Positions 46,446-55,993 of a DNA stretch of 64,000 bases are shown piece by piece. The notes under the pieces were generated by a model. That model had not been told where the DNA came from, searched no databases, and was given only the letters and a program-made list of their open reading frames with translations. Numbering within the stretch: the stretch's first letter is position 1; every line of letters begins with the position of its first letter. The stretch is taken from NCBI GenBank assembly GCA_902763835.1, contig CACWTQ010000022.1, positions 10,133-74,132 of the forward strand, in the 5' to 3' direction. Source of the stretch: an uncultured Ruminococcus sp. (GTDB lineage Bacteria > Bacillota > Clostridia > Oscillospirales > Acutalibacteraceae). The translations under genes and the position numbers were made by a program.

Positions 46446-47777
46446 ATGCGTAAAATTTTAGCAATCTGGGCGGCAAAGTTAGCCGCTGCCGGTGCAAGAC
46501 TTCTCGGCAAGAACGGCAGCTCTATGCCCGGCTCAATCGCTTTGAAAATTTGTCCCGATATCCTCACAAGGCTTTCAAACGATATCGAAAAGGATATTAT
46601 AGCCGTTTGGGGTACTAACGGCAAAACTACAACTAACAATATGATTTACACCGTTCTCGAAAATCAAGGCTATAAGATAGTATGTAACAAAGTGGGTTCA
46701 AATATGCTTTCGGGTGTTGTTTCCGCTTTCATTTCGTACAGTACTCTCAGCGGCAGGGTTAAGGCTGATTATGCCTGTCTTGAAATGGACGAAGCTTATG
46801 CCCGTATTATTTTAAAGTACCTCACCCCCACAAAAATTGTTATCACAAATCTTTTCCGTGACCAAATGGATCGTTACGGCGAAATCGACACAACCATTTC
46901 ATATATACAAATGGCTCTCGACAAGGCTAAGGACGCTACGCTTATTCTCAACGGCGACGACCCTCTTACCGCTTCTCTCGGCACGAATTACAAGAATACC
47001 CGATATTACGGTATCACCGAAAATCTCGGTTTGAACCTTAACGAAACCCGTGAGGGACGTTACTGCCGTGCCTGCGGAAACGAGCTTAAGTACGACTTTT
47101 ACCAGTATGGTCAACTGGGTAAGTATCACTGCGACAAGTGCGGATTTTCCCGACCTATGCCCCAATATGACGGTAAAAATATTACTGTTGACGATTATGT
47201 TAGTTTTGATGTATGCTCAACTCACGTTGATTTACCGTGCAAGGGTATTTACAATATTTACAACGCTCTTGCGGCTTTTGCGTTCTGCGACAGCTGCGGC
47301 ATTGAAAAATCCGACATCGCTAAGGGTTTGCAGAAGTACAAGGGTCAAATCGGCAGAATGGAAGAGTTCACGATTAAGAACAAGCTTGTTGTTTTCAACC
47401 TTGCGAAAAATCCTGCGAGCTTCAATCAGAGTATCGGAAACATTATCAACGAAAAGCGTACAAAAGACGTTATAATCGGCATTAACGACAACGACCCCGA
47501 CGGCAACGACGTTTCGTGGCTCTGGGACGTTGACTTCGAGAAGCTCAAAAACGATTCGATTACAAGCTACACAACCACGGGTATTCGCTCAAAGGATATG
47601 GCTGTCCGCTTGAAATACTGCGACATCGACGAAAAGAAAATGACTGTCGGCGGCGATATGAAGCAGGATATTCTGAACGCTGTAAACGGCAAGGGCGAAA
47701 GAGTTTACATTGTGGTAAATTACACGCTGCTGTTTTCGACTAAAAAGATTTTGAGTGAACTGGAGGAAGAAAAATGA
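46446..47777 (+). CDS. murT: lipid II isoglutaminyl synthase subunit MurT (Mur ligase family)
   Basis: GTNGKTTT P-loop, a Cys4 ribbon (CRACGNEL...CDKCGF) and a C-terminal DUF1727-like region. It is coupled to gatD by an ATGA overlap. Confidence 0.88.
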   Translation: MRKILAIWAAKLAAAGARLLGKNGSSMPGSIALKICPDILTRLSNDIEKDIIAVWGTNGKTTTNNMIYTVLENQGYKIVCNKVGSNMLSGVVSAFISYSTLSGRVKADYACLEMDEAYARIILKYLTPTKIVITNLFRDQMDRYGEIDTTISYIQMALDKAKDATLILNGDDPLTASLGTNYKNTRYYGITENLGLNLNETREGRYCRACGNELKYDFYQYGQLGKYHCDKCGFSRPMPQYDGKNITVDDYVSFDVCSTHVDLPCKGIYNIYNALAAFAFCDSCGIEKSDIAKGLQKYKGQIGRMEEFTIKNKLVVFNLAKNPASFNQSIGNIINEKRTKDVIIGINDNDPDGNDVSWLWDVDFEKLKNDSITSYTTTGIRSKDMAVRLKYCDIDEKKMTVGGDMKQDILNAVNGKGERVYIVVNYTLLFSTKKILSELEEEK

Positions 47778-48496
47778 AACTGAGAATTGCTCACCTTTAC
47801 CCCGATTTGCTCAATCTTTACGGCGATATCGGCAACATTACCACAATCAGAAAACGCTGCGAATGGAGAGATATTCAAACTCAGGTTGATTCCATTTACG
47901 GAAACGAAAAAATAACATTCACAGATTACGACCTTGTTTTCCTTGGCGGCGGCTCGGACAGAGAACAGCTCCTTGTTCGTGACAAGCTTATTTCAATGAA
48001 AAAAGAGATTTCGGCATACGTTGAAAACGGCGGTGTACTTGTGGCGGTCTGCGGCGGATATCAGCTTCTCGGCAGCTACTACAAGCTTGAAAAGGAAACT
48101 ATTCAGGGTTTGGAGATTCTGGATATTCAAACGGAGGTCGGAGATACACGTCTGATTAGCAACGTTGTTCTCGAAAACGAACAGTTCGGAACTATTGTCG
48201 GCTTTGAAAATCACGGCGGAAGAACAAACATAAACAATCACACTCCCCTCGGAAAGGTACTTTACGGCAACGGCAACAACGGCAAGGACGGTTACGAGGG
48301 TGTTGTGTACAAGAATGTTATTGCGACGTATCTTCACGGTTCGCTGCTGCCGAAAAATCCCGTTCTCAGCGACCATATTATAAAAATGATGTTGGAGCAG
48401 AGAGGACTTCCCTCGGAACTTAAACCACTTGATGACAGCATTGAGAACGAAGCACACAAATATATTGTGGATAGATTTGTTAATAGCAAAAAATAG
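47774..48496 (+). CDS. gatD: lipid II isoglutaminyl synthase glutaminase subunit GatD (CobQ-type amidotransferase)
   Basis: IAHLYPDLLNLYGDIGN, the CGGYQLLG nucleophile Cys and the YLHG region. Confidence 0.88.
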   Translation: MKLRIAHLYPDLLNLYGDIGNITTIRKRCEWRDIQTQVDSIYGNEKITFTDYDLVFLGGGSDREQLLVRDKLISMKKEISAYVENGGVLVAVCGGYQLLGSYYKLEKETIQGLEILDIQTEVGDTRLISNVVLENEQFGTIVGFENHGGRTNINNHTPLGKVLYGNGNNGKDGYEGVVYKNVIATYLHGSLLPKNPVLSDHIIKMMLEQRGLPSELKPLDDSIENEAHKYIVDRFVNSKK

Positions 48497-48501
48497 TAAA
48501 A

Positions 48502-48541
48502 TCCGCACAAACTCTTTACTTGAGTATGTGCGGAATTTTTG
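48502..48541 (+). terminator. intrinsic terminator, bidirectional
   Basis: TCCGCACA...TGTGCGGA followed by ATTTTTG. Confidence 0.7.
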
Positions 48542-48544
48542 TAT

Positions 48545-49411
48545 TCACCCTAACAAAATATGCGTGAACTCTTTCGGCAGCAGAGATTCAACCCTCATAA
48601 ACTTATTAGTAATCGGGTGAATGAAACTTACCTCACCGCAATGCAAAGCCTGTCTGTTAATAAACGTACGTGAACCACCGTACATATCGTCGCCTGCAAG
48701 CGGATATCCAAGATATGACATATGTACCCTGATTTGGTGAGTTCTGCCTGTTTCCAAATCAAACTCTACAAGCGTGTGATTATTTCCCCACTCAATCGGC
48801 TTATAATGCGTAACCGCACGAACTCCGCCCTCACCGACCTCACGCTGAATTGAATGTCCCTCTTTTAAGCAAATAGGTGCGTCAACAGTTCCGCTGTTTT
48901 CGATAATACCCTCACAGACGGCAATATATTTTTTCTTCACGGTTTTCGGCAGACGTGCCGCCGCATACGCATTTTTTGCGGCAAGGAGTGTTCCCGAGGT
49001 GTCACGGTCAAGGCGGTTAATTGCACGGAAAGTCCAAACCTCGCTGTGAATTTTCGCATAGTAAGCCGCCGCATTTGCAAGCGTATCGTCAATATGACCG
49101 TGTACGGGGTGAACTGCCATAAACGGTGCTTTATCAAAAATTATAATATGCTCGTCCTCGTACAAAATGTCAATCGGGAGATTCACAGGGGTAATATCGT
49201 TTTTCTCTTCGGGGAGAGTTATCACAATTTCATCGCCGACATTCAAGGTATCTACTGCACGGATATGTTCTCCGTTTCTTGTTATTCCGTTATCAATAAG
49301 CTTTAGTTGTCGAAGTAATGTTGACGATACTTCACATTTTCTTCTCAAAAATTCTTTGACAAGTTTTTTATCGTAATCTTCGTTTACTTTGAAATTTATT
49401 TTAGTACCCAT
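48545..49411 (-). CDS. RluA-family pseudouridine synthase
   Basis: An S4-like N-terminus and the catalytic NRLDRDTSG motif. Confidence 0.88.
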   Translation of the reverse strand: MGTKINFKVNEDYDKKLVKEFLRRKCEVSSTLLRQLKLIDNGITRNGEHIRAVDTLNVGDEIVITLPEEKNDITPVNLPIDILYEDEHIIIFDKAPFMAVHPVHGHIDDTLANAAAYYAKIHSEVWTFRAINRLDRDTSGTLLAAKNAYAAARLPKTVKKKYIAVCEGIIENSGTVDAPICLKEGHSIQREVGEGGVRAVTHYKPIEWGNNHTLVEFDLETGRTHQIRVHMSYLGYPLAGDDMYGGSRTFINRQALHCGEVSFIHPITNKFMRVESLLPKEFTHILLG

Positions 49412-49478
49412 ATTTTACCTCTTTTGACATAGCAGATTGGTTATAATAATTACATACTATTTGAAAGGTTGTCCTGCT

Positions 49479-50759
49479 ATGTCAAAGTTCTTTAAAAGAA
49501 TTTTTCCTGTATTTTTATCCTTTGCTTTATTTATCACAACAATTCTGTTATGCTGTTTAAAAAATGCCGATAATGACAGCAACATTAACAAACCTCCCGA
49601 CATCATCACGGAAACAAATGACGAAATCCTTTTCACTCCCCCAAAAATTTCAAATAAAACTCACGTTTTTCACAAAGATGAAATGCGTGGTGTGTGGGTG
49701 CCGTACTTCAATTTATCAAACGGCAGCACTCCAATGAGTGAGGACGAATTCAAATCTCACTTTGACAATATTATCAAAACTGCCAAAAACAACGGTATCA
49801 ACACGCTTTTTGTTCACGTTCGTTCTCATTGTGACGCAGTTTATCCGTCCGAAATATTTCCGTTTTCGGATATATTCACGGGCAATTCGGAGGTTGCTCC
49901 CGATTACGACCCTCTTGAATATATGATTTCCGCTTCGCACAAGGCAGGCTTGGAGTTTCACGCTTGGCTTAATCCTTTCAGGGTTATTTCCGATACGGAA
50001 AAAAAATCTCTTGGCGAAAACAGTCCGTGTTACAAATGGCTGCACGATGACAATCCCGACAACGACCGCAATCTTATTGAGTATAACGGCGGTTTGTATT
50101 TAAATCCGTCGCAGCCCGAAGCTAGGTCGCTTATCATTAACGGTGTGAGGGAACTTGTCAATAACTATGACGTGGACGGAGTTCACCTTGACGACTACTT
50201 TTATATGTTCACGGAGCTTGAATATGACGCAGAGGACTATGCGAATTATGTCGAAAACATTGACAACGGTTTTGAACCTCTTCCGCTTATGCAATGGAGA
50301 TGTACAAATATTAACGTTCTTGTTTCGGGTATATACGCTGTAATTAAGAATATTGACGAAAATATTCTCTTCGGTATATCTCCGCAGGGCAATATGGAAA
50401 ACGACCTCGAAATGGGGGCGGACGTTTACTCGTGGTGCAGCCGTTACGGTTATGTCGATTACATAGCACCGCAGATTTACTACAATTCTGATAACCCCTC
50501 TCTTCCCTTTGAGGAAACCGTTGACAATTGGAAAAATATTATCACAAACGACAAAATAAAATTATATGTGGGATTGGCACTATATAAAGCAGGAAGTGAT
50601 GATGACGAGGGAACTTGGCAGACAAGCGACGATATTATACAAACTCAAATCGAATACACTCGCTCCGCAGATACGGACGGATTTATTCTGTATTCGTGGG
50701 AGTTTTTGGAAAACGAACAAACTCAAAATGAAATGGATAATGTCAGGGATATAATGTAA
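49479..50759 (+). CDS. GHL10-type (YddW/UPF0748-like) glycoside-hydrolase-like lipoprotein/secreted protein
   Basis: ATG at 49479 with a signal-like N-terminus. MRGVWV...NTLFVHVR...FHAWLNPF...VDGVHLDDYFY resembles family 10-like glycosylhydrolases. Confidence 0.65.
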   Translation: MSKFFKRIFPVFLSFALFITTILLCCLKNADNDSNINKPPDIITETNDEILFTPPKISNKTHVFHKDEMRGVWVPYFNLSNGSTPMSEDEFKSHFDNIIKTAKNNGINTLFVHVRSHCDAVYPSEIFPFSDIFTGNSEVAPDYDPLEYMISASHKAGLEFHAWLNPFRVISDTEKKSLGENSPCYKWLHDDNPDNDRNLIEYNGGLYLNPSQPEARSLIINGVRELVNNYDVDGVHLDDYFYMFTELEYDAEDYANYVENIDNGFEPLPLMQWRCTNINVLVSGIYAVIKNIDENILFGISPQGNMENDLEMGADVYSWCSRYGYVDYIAPQIYYNSDNPSLPFEETVDNWKNIITNDKIKLYVGLALYKAGSDDDEGTWQTSDDIIQTQIEYTRSADTDGFILYSWEFLENEQTQNEMDNVRDIM

Positions 50760-51096
50760 TATCTTCATCAAAATTCACTCTTCTGTAATTGTCAATATTG
50801 ATTTTGTCCGCCATAACTTCAATGCTGTTATGCAAAATCAAAGCTTCTTTTTGTGCCTTTGTAAGCTGTTTAATTCTGTATTCAAGCCGACAGGCAAGCG
50901 TTCTGTTATCACTTTCCCACACCGCTTCAAGCTTCTTGGCGGTGTGGTTTTTTGTGTATTTTGCACATTTTTCGTTTTTGGAAAAATGCTCCGTCATTCG
51001 GCGTTTTACATCTGTTGTAATGCCTGTGTAAATACTGTTGTCCGTACATCTTAACATATATGTATAATATTTTTGATTATTGTTATTCATAGTCAT
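50743..51096 (-). CDS. GIY-YIG nuclease family protein (UPF0213-like)
   Basis: YYTYMLRCTDNSIYTGITTDVKRRMTEH. Confidence 0.8.
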   Translation of the reverse strand: MTMNNNNQKYYTYMLRCTDNSIYTGITTDVKRRMTEHFSKNEKCAKYTKNHTAKKLEAVWESDNRTLACRLEYRIKQLTKAQKEALILHNSIEVMADKINIDNYRRVNFDEDITLYP

Positions 51097-51556
51097 CTTC
51101 TAAAAACATAATATGATTCTGTAAAATTTTACCGCAATTTTTGCAGGGCATTTTATTGAAAATTTTCGGCATTTTCCAACAGTCAATGTAAGTAAGCATA
51201 ACGGAGTCACCGCTCTCAAAAAACGGCATTAAAACACGTCCATTATTGTGTCGGCACTCTCTGCACAGCCAATTTTCTTTGTAAAAAACGTGATGAAATT
51301 CGCCGTCAATGAGCATACACAAAACAGCAATATTCCAAGTTTTATAATTGGTTTTTAAACGTAATATTCCGAAACGCAGATTGTATTTATCGCAAACCGT
51401 TGGTATATACAATAGATTCCCTATGATATTATCCGAAAAATATTCACTGACAATTTCGCTTTTTAAAAAGCTTTCTTCAAGACCCTTTTTCACAATTATT
51501 GTTTCTGTACCGTCAATATTTATTGTGCTTTCAAAGTATTTTGAAATTTCGGTCAT
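51083..51556 (-). CDS. hypothetical protein with two CxxC pairs
   Basis: 157 aa with CRECRH ... CKNCGK. It overlaps the GIY-YIG start by 14 nt. Confidence 0.55.
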   Translation of the reverse strand: MTEISKYFESTINIDGTETIIVKKGLEESFLKSEIVSEYFSDNIIGNLLYIPTVCDKYNLRFGILRLKTNYKTWNIAVLCMLIDGEFHHVFYKENWLCRECRHNNGRVLMPFFESGDSVMLTYIDCWKMPKIFNKMPCKNCGKILQNHIMFLEDDYE

Positions 51557-51571
51557 TATATTTCACTCCAA

Positions 51572-52075
51572 TTATGTTTTGGTAATTTTTATTTCATTTT
51601 CGTAATATTCAAAAAGTTTATCACGAACATTTTCAAATTCGGAGATATTTATCTCGTTTTCATCGTCAAAAATAATATCCTCATTAAAATATTTACCTGC
51701 AAGAATACGAACGTTGTTTTTATATGCAACGACGAAAAAGTAATATCCAGAATCTTCTATTTCCTGTAAAGGCACTTGGTAACTGTAATCATTCTCGATA
51801 TCGTAATCTTCGGGGAACGTAATTTCACAAAGCTTTTTAAACAAATCCGCCGTACTCATACGGTACAAATCGGCATTGACTTTCGGCTGAAAATTCGGCA
51901 TAGTCGAATTGAAAAGAAAATCCAAATCGGTGTTTAGGGTCGTTGTTCTGAGCGTATCGGGATACATTTTGCCATTTAAATATACATACATAATACCGTT
52001 GATGAACGAATCACTTTCCCATTCGGGTACACGTTCAATCAGAAATGCGAATTTATCGGGGTTTCCGAACAGCAT
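51572..52075 (-). CDS. hypothetical protein, possibly an immunity-protein (Imm42-like) family member
   Basis: The N-terminus MLFGNPDKFAFLIE...INGIMYVYLNGKMYP resembles my recollection of Imm42-type proteins. This is unverified. Confidence 0.4.
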   Translation of the reverse strand: MLFGNPDKFAFLIERVPEWESDSFINGIMYVYLNGKMYPDTLRTTTLNTDLDFLFNSTMPNFQPKVNADLYRMSTADLFKKLCEITFPEDYDIENDYSYQVPLQEIEDSGYYFFVVAYKNNVRILAGKYFNEDIIFDDENEINISEFENVRDKLFEYYENEIKITKT

Positions 52076-52102
52076 ATTTCCACCGCCTTTAAAGTGTTTT
52101 CA

Positions 52103-52705
52103 TTATGAAATATCGTTAATGATATTACCCTTTTCGACATTGGGTTTAATCAGATTTTCAAATGCGTATTCCCAGAGAATTTCCGAACCCTGTACGGTCG
52201 TTTTATTCCTGCCTAGAATTTTACTCAGAACAACCGAATGTTCTCTCCACGCTTTGCCGTTTGTGTGGTCGTTCAACATCATCGGCTGGAGATTATCCAT
52301 AGCGTGAGCAAAATTCGCTTCGGGGGTATCGTTACGCTCGAACTCTTCCCAGAGGTCACGAAGCTGTTGACCCTTGTCTTTCGGGAGAATGCCGAAAATT
52401 CTGTCGGCAGCTTTTAACTCACGTTCACGCTGGGTTTGCTTGCCGATTTCGTCGTAAGCGTAGGTATCGCCTGCGTCGATTTCGACAATATCGTGAATGA
52501 GAATCATTGTAACGGTTTTGAGAACGTCGATTTTTTTGTTTGAATATTCACTCAGCAGAATAGCCATTAAAGCGGCATGCCAAGCGTGTTCGGCATCGTT
52601 TTCCTTTCGTACTGCACCAGTGAGGTAGGTTTGTCTGCCAATAAATTTTTCATTGTCAATTTCACGGCAGAAGTCGAAGAGTTTGTTTAAATTTTCGTCA
52701 TTCAT
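52103..52705 (-). CDS. HD-domain phosphohydrolase (YfbR-like 5'-deoxynucleotidase family)
   Basis: ENDAEHAWH...LIHDIVEIDAGD is the H..HD..D metal motif. Confidence 0.75.
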   Translation of the reverse strand: MNDENLNKLFDFCREIDNEKFIGRQTYLTGAVRKENDAEHAWHAALMAILLSEYSNKKIDVLKTVTMILIHDIVEIDAGDTYAYDEIGKQTQRERELKAADRIFGILPKDKGQQLRDLWEEFERNDTPEANFAHAMDNLQPMMLNDHTNGKAWREHSVVLSKILGRNKTTVQGSEILWEYAFENLIKPNVEKGNIINDIS

Positions 52706-52810
52706 ATTTGTAACCTCCGTGTAAAATGTATTATTATTATATCACAAATCGTTTGAAATTTGCAATACACAATTAAAATAGAGAATAACGAATAAATTAT
52801 AATTATATAA

Positions 52811-52894
52811 CTTTGCACAGGCGGAATTTTCGGTGTTGGATGGTTCATAGACACTATTGCTCTTTTGCTCAAACCCGACCCGTATTATGTATAA
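52811..52894 (+). pseudogene. possible remnant of a TM2-domain protein C-terminus
   Basis: An open frame without a start reads LCTGGIFGVGWFIDTIALLLKPDPYYV-stop, recalling the GG.FG.GW.ID TM2 motif. Confidence 0.3.
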
Positions 52895-53042
52895 TTTATT
52901 ACACATTTAATTACATATTTAACATTCTCCTCTCTTTAAATTTATACTTATTTGTAACATAAATTTTACGAAATTTTTCTTTACAATTTCTTAAAAACGT
53001 GTTAAAATAAAAAGGTAAATTTTAGAAAAGAGGAGAATTTTT

Positions 53043-53792
53043 ATGTTAAAAAAATGTTTAGCTGAATTTCTCGGAACTGCTGTGCTTGTAACGTTCGGCT
53101 GCGGTGTTGCTGCGACTAACGGTCTTGGAGCAGGCTATGTCGGAATTGCACTTGCATTCGGTTTTGTAATCGTTGCAATGGCATATTCGATTGGAAATGT
53201 TTCCGGCTGTCATGTGAACCCGGCTGTTTCGCTTGCTATGCTCATCAACAAGAAGCTTACCCCTGCGGAGTTCTGCGGTTATGTTATTAGCCAGTTCTTG
53301 GGTGCAACCTTTGGAGGATTTATCCTCTACGCTATGCTTTCCGGCACAAATTTCCTTGCCGAAAACGGTTTGGGCACAAACGGCTACGGCAGCCTTTCCA
53401 CAACAGGTATTGGTGCGGGAGCTGCGTTTATTACAGAAGTCGTTTTGACATTTGTATTTGTGTTTGCAATCTGCGGTGTTACAAGTAAGCCTAACTTTGG
53501 CAATGTTGCCGGACTTGTTATCGGTTTGTCGCTTACACTCGTTCATCTTCTCGGTTTGCCGCTTACAGGTACATCTGTAAACCCTGCAAGAAGCTTTGGT
53601 GCTGCTCTTGTTTCGGCTGTTTTGGGCTGTGCAAACGGTTCGGCTGCATTGGGTCAGGTTTGGCTCTTTATAGTTGCTCCCCTTATCGGCGGTGCGTTGG
53701 CAGCTCTTGCTTACAGTGCTTTAGATTCTCAGGAAACTGCTCCAACCAAGCCTGTAAACAACACTTCGTCAAAATCAAAGAAAAAGAAATAA
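53043..53792 (+). CDS. aqpZ: aquaporin Z / MIP-family channel
   Basis: Two NPA boxes (HVNPAVS, SVNPARS) and six TM segments. Confidence 0.9.
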   Translation: MLKKCLAEFLGTAVLVTFGCGVAATNGLGAGYVGIALAFGFVIVAMAYSIGNVSGCHVNPAVSLAMLINKKLTPAEFCGYVISQFLGATFGGFILYAMLSGTNFLAENGLGTNGYGSLSTTGIGAGAAFITEVVLTFVFVFAICGVTSKPNFGNVAGLVIGLSLTLVHLLGLPLTGTSVNPARSFGAALVSAVLGCANGSAALGQVWLFIVAPLIGGALAALAYSALDSQETAPTKPVNNTSSKSKKKK

Positions 53793-53804
53793 TTTTTTTT
53801 ATTT

Positions 53805-53897
53805 GACACGTGAAGATAGTTATATATTAACATAACTTTGCGTACCCGACCGAAAGTTGTTTTTATTGAGGAGTTTTAGGTTTCTCCTTTTATAGTT
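53805..53897 (+). repeat. mosaic repeat locus: B, C, D
   Basis: GACACGTGAAGATAGTT (53805-53821), ACCCGACCGA (53844-53853), and TTGAGGAGTTTTAGGTTTCTCCTTTTATAGTT (53866-53897) with a GGAG/CTCC stem. Confidence 0.85.
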
Positions 53898-53928
53898 GGG
53901 ATTTTATAAAATTTAAAAATGACAATAT

Positions 53929-53963
53929 ACCGCTCCTGCTTTTTTGGAGCGGTTATTTTTTTG
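53929..53963 (+). terminator. intrinsic terminator downstream of aqpZ
   Basis: ACCGCTCC-TGCTTTTTT-GGAGCGGT followed by TATTTTTTTG. Confidence 0.75.
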
Positions 53964-54018
53964 TTTATATTTTGTATAATATTTGTTAAAAATTTTTTCT
54001 TAAAAACCGTCTTCCCAC

Positions 54019-54108
54019 TATCACAATTAGGAACTGTTGGGAAATAAGTTGAACAATTTAGACAAGTATAGATGTTCAAGTTATTTTCTGACAGTTCCTT
54101 ACGCATTA
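54019..54108. repeat. module E copy split by MITE M7
   Basis: Left flank CTATCACAATTA plus right flank (TTA)CGCATTACAAA reconstructs CTATCACAATTACGCATTA, identical to 37534-37552. Confidence 0.8.
54030..54098 (-). mobile_element. MITE-like TIR element M7 (69 bp, TIR-only deletion derivative)
   Basis: GGAACTGTTGGGAAATAAGTTGAACAATTTAGACAAGTATAGATGTTCAAGTTATTTTCTGACAGTTCC with TTA/TTA flanks (54027-29, 54099-101). Confidence 0.88.
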
Positions 54109-54162
54109 CAAAACTTCCAGCCGCACCAATAACTCAACCTTGGAAAATAAATTTTCGATTTT

Positions 54163-54177
54163 CACAATTACGCATTA
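54163..54177. repeat. module E copy
   Basis: CACAATTACGCATTA. Confidence 0.7.
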
Positions 54178-54253
54178 ATTTGTTCTGTTGACAATTTCGT
54201 TCCGATGTACTATAATTATTGCTATAGAGATTACATTGATAAGGGTGATTAAT

Positions 54254-54952
54254 ATGAATTATGTTATGTCGGACATTCACGGCGAATATGATAAATTTTT
54301 AGAAATGCTCCAAAAAATCAATTTACAGGACGAAGATACTCTTTATATCCTCGGTAACGTTGTTGACTTCGGTGCAGAGCCTATAGAGGTTCTCAACGAA
54401 ATGGCAGACCGCCCCAATATTTATCCGATTATAGGCAATCACGAGAGAATGGCTGTTGACGTGCTGTCATTGCTTATGGACGATATCTCCGAGGGCAAAC
54501 TTGACAAGCTAAGTCCCGACACAGTTAAAGGTATTGCCGAGTGGAGAGAAAACGGCGGTCAGTCAACTCTTGAAGAGTTCATTAAGCTTGTTGAAGATGA
54601 ACGTCAGGATATTCTCGACTACCTTTGCGACTTTACGAATTTCGAGATTGTGGACACCGACAATAAAACCTTTATTCTCGTTCACTGTGGTCTGGGTGAT
54701 TTCGATAAAAAGGGTAAAAAACTTAAAAGTTATTCAGTAAAAGATTTAACTTCTACCGCTGTTGATTACGAAAAGAAATATTTTGACGACGATTCTATTT
54801 TTGTAGTTTCGGGTCATGTGCCGACTTATGAACTGTGCGGTGAAGATAAAATTTACTTCTCTCACAATAATATTTGTATCAACTGCGGAGTTGCGGACGG
54901 TAAAAAGCTCGGGTGTCTTTGCCTTGACACTATGGAAGAATATTATGTGTAA
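54254..54952 (+). CDS. metallophosphoesterase (PP1/PrpE-like Ser/Thr phosphatase family)
   Basis: ATG at 54254. Motifs: MNYVMSDIHGEYDKF, ILGNVVDFG, GNHE, and VSGH. Confidence 0.8.
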   Translation: MNYVMSDIHGEYDKFLEMLQKINLQDEDTLYILGNVVDFGAEPIEVLNEMADRPNIYPIIGNHERMAVDVLSLLMDDISEGKLDKLSPDTVKGIAEWRENGGQSTLEEFIKLVEDERQDILDYLCDFTNFEIVDTDNKTFILVHCGLGDFDKKGKKLKSYSVKDLTSTAVDYEKKYFDDDSIFVVSGHVPTYELCGEDKIYFSHNNICINCGVADGKKLGCLCLDTMEEYYV

Positions 54953-54970
54953 AAATTAATTTTTATATTA

Positions 54971-55111
54971 GGAACTGTTGGGAAATAAGTTGAACAATTT
55001 AGACGCAGGATAATTTGTTCTGTGTTAGGCACAACACCGCAGGAATACTGACGTATTTCAAGGGGGCAAATTAGACAAGTATAAATGTTCAAGTTATTTT
55101 CTGACAGTTCC
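54971..55111 (-). mobile_element. MITE-like TIR element M8 (141 bp)
   Basis: Both TIRs are present with TTA/TTA flanks (54968-70, 55112-14). It lies between the phosphatase and Fic genes. Confidence 0.88.
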
Positions 55112-55186
55112 TTAAGTAGTACCTTTGGGCAAAATGAAGTATGCACTGAGTGCAAATGTTGCTCTGTTGTGCGACAGGTGATTGCG

Positions 55187-55957
55187 ATGAAAGAACCCCC
55201 TTTTAAAATAACAAACGAAATTATAGATTTACTTGCCGAAGCGGCGGAACTTACCGGAAGAATCACAGTTACTTCTCGGCTTGATAAAAATCCCGTACTA
55301 CGAAGAAAAAACCGTATTCGTACGATTTACAGCTCGCTGGCTATCGAACAAAACGTTTTATCGGTCGAGCAGGTTACGGCGGTACTTGACGGAAAGCGTG
55401 TTATCGCACCGCCAAAGGATATTGAAGAAGTAAAAAATGCCTACGAGATTTACGAGCTTTTAGACACGCTGAACCCATACTCTTCATCGGATTTGCTAAA
55501 GGCTCACGGTGTGATGATGCGAGAACTTACTGCGGAATCGGGCGAATACCGTTCGGGGGCGGTCGGTGTTGTTGACAGCAGTACCGGAAAAATTATTCAT
55601 TTCGGCACGCTCCCTCAATATGTGCCGGGTGCTGTTGAAAATTTACTGAGTTGGGCAGAGGAAAGCACAGTGCATATGCTTATAAAAAGCTGTGTGTTTC
55701 ACTATGAATTTGAGGTGATACACCCGTTTGCGGACGGTAACGGTCGAATTGGCAGGCTTTGGCACACGCTTATGCTGTCGAAATGGAATCCTGTTTTTGC
55801 GTGGCTTCCCGTGGAATCTATGATACACAACCGTCAAGACGAATATTACAAGGTTATTCGATACTGCAACAATGTTTGTGATTCGACAGAGTTTATCGCT
55901 TTTATGCTTGATGTTATAAACGATGTTCTGAATGAAGCGGCAGACGGAATGTCATAA
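55187..55957 (+). CDS. Fic family protein
   Basis: ATG at 55187. Canonical [12 protein letters not shown] active-site motif and an N-terminal SSLAIEQN segment. Confidence 0.85.
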   Translation: MKEPPFKITNEIIDLLAEAAELTGRITVTSRLDKNPVLRRKNRIRTIYSSLAIEQNVLSVEQVTAVLDGKRVIAPPKDIEEVKNAYEIYELLDTLNPYSSSDLLKAHGVMMRELTAESGEYRSGAVGVVDSSTGKIIHFGTLPQYVPGAVENLLSWAEESTVHMLIKSCVFHYEFEVIHPFADGNGRIGRLWHTLMLSKWNPVFAWLPVESMIHNRQDEYYKVIRYCNNVCDSTEFIAFMLDVINDVLNEAADGMS

Positions 55958-55993
55958 TAACAATCATTATGTTTTCTGTTATAACAATTAAAT

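Noticed and set aside
53876-55266. ORFs 53876-54106 and 54943-55266 sharing the peptide [25 protein letters not shown], plus the N-terminal extension of the Fic ORF from 55085.
   Set aside because: The shared peptide is simply the translation of MITE copies M7 and M8. There is no RBS, and the Fic gene has a proper start at 55187.
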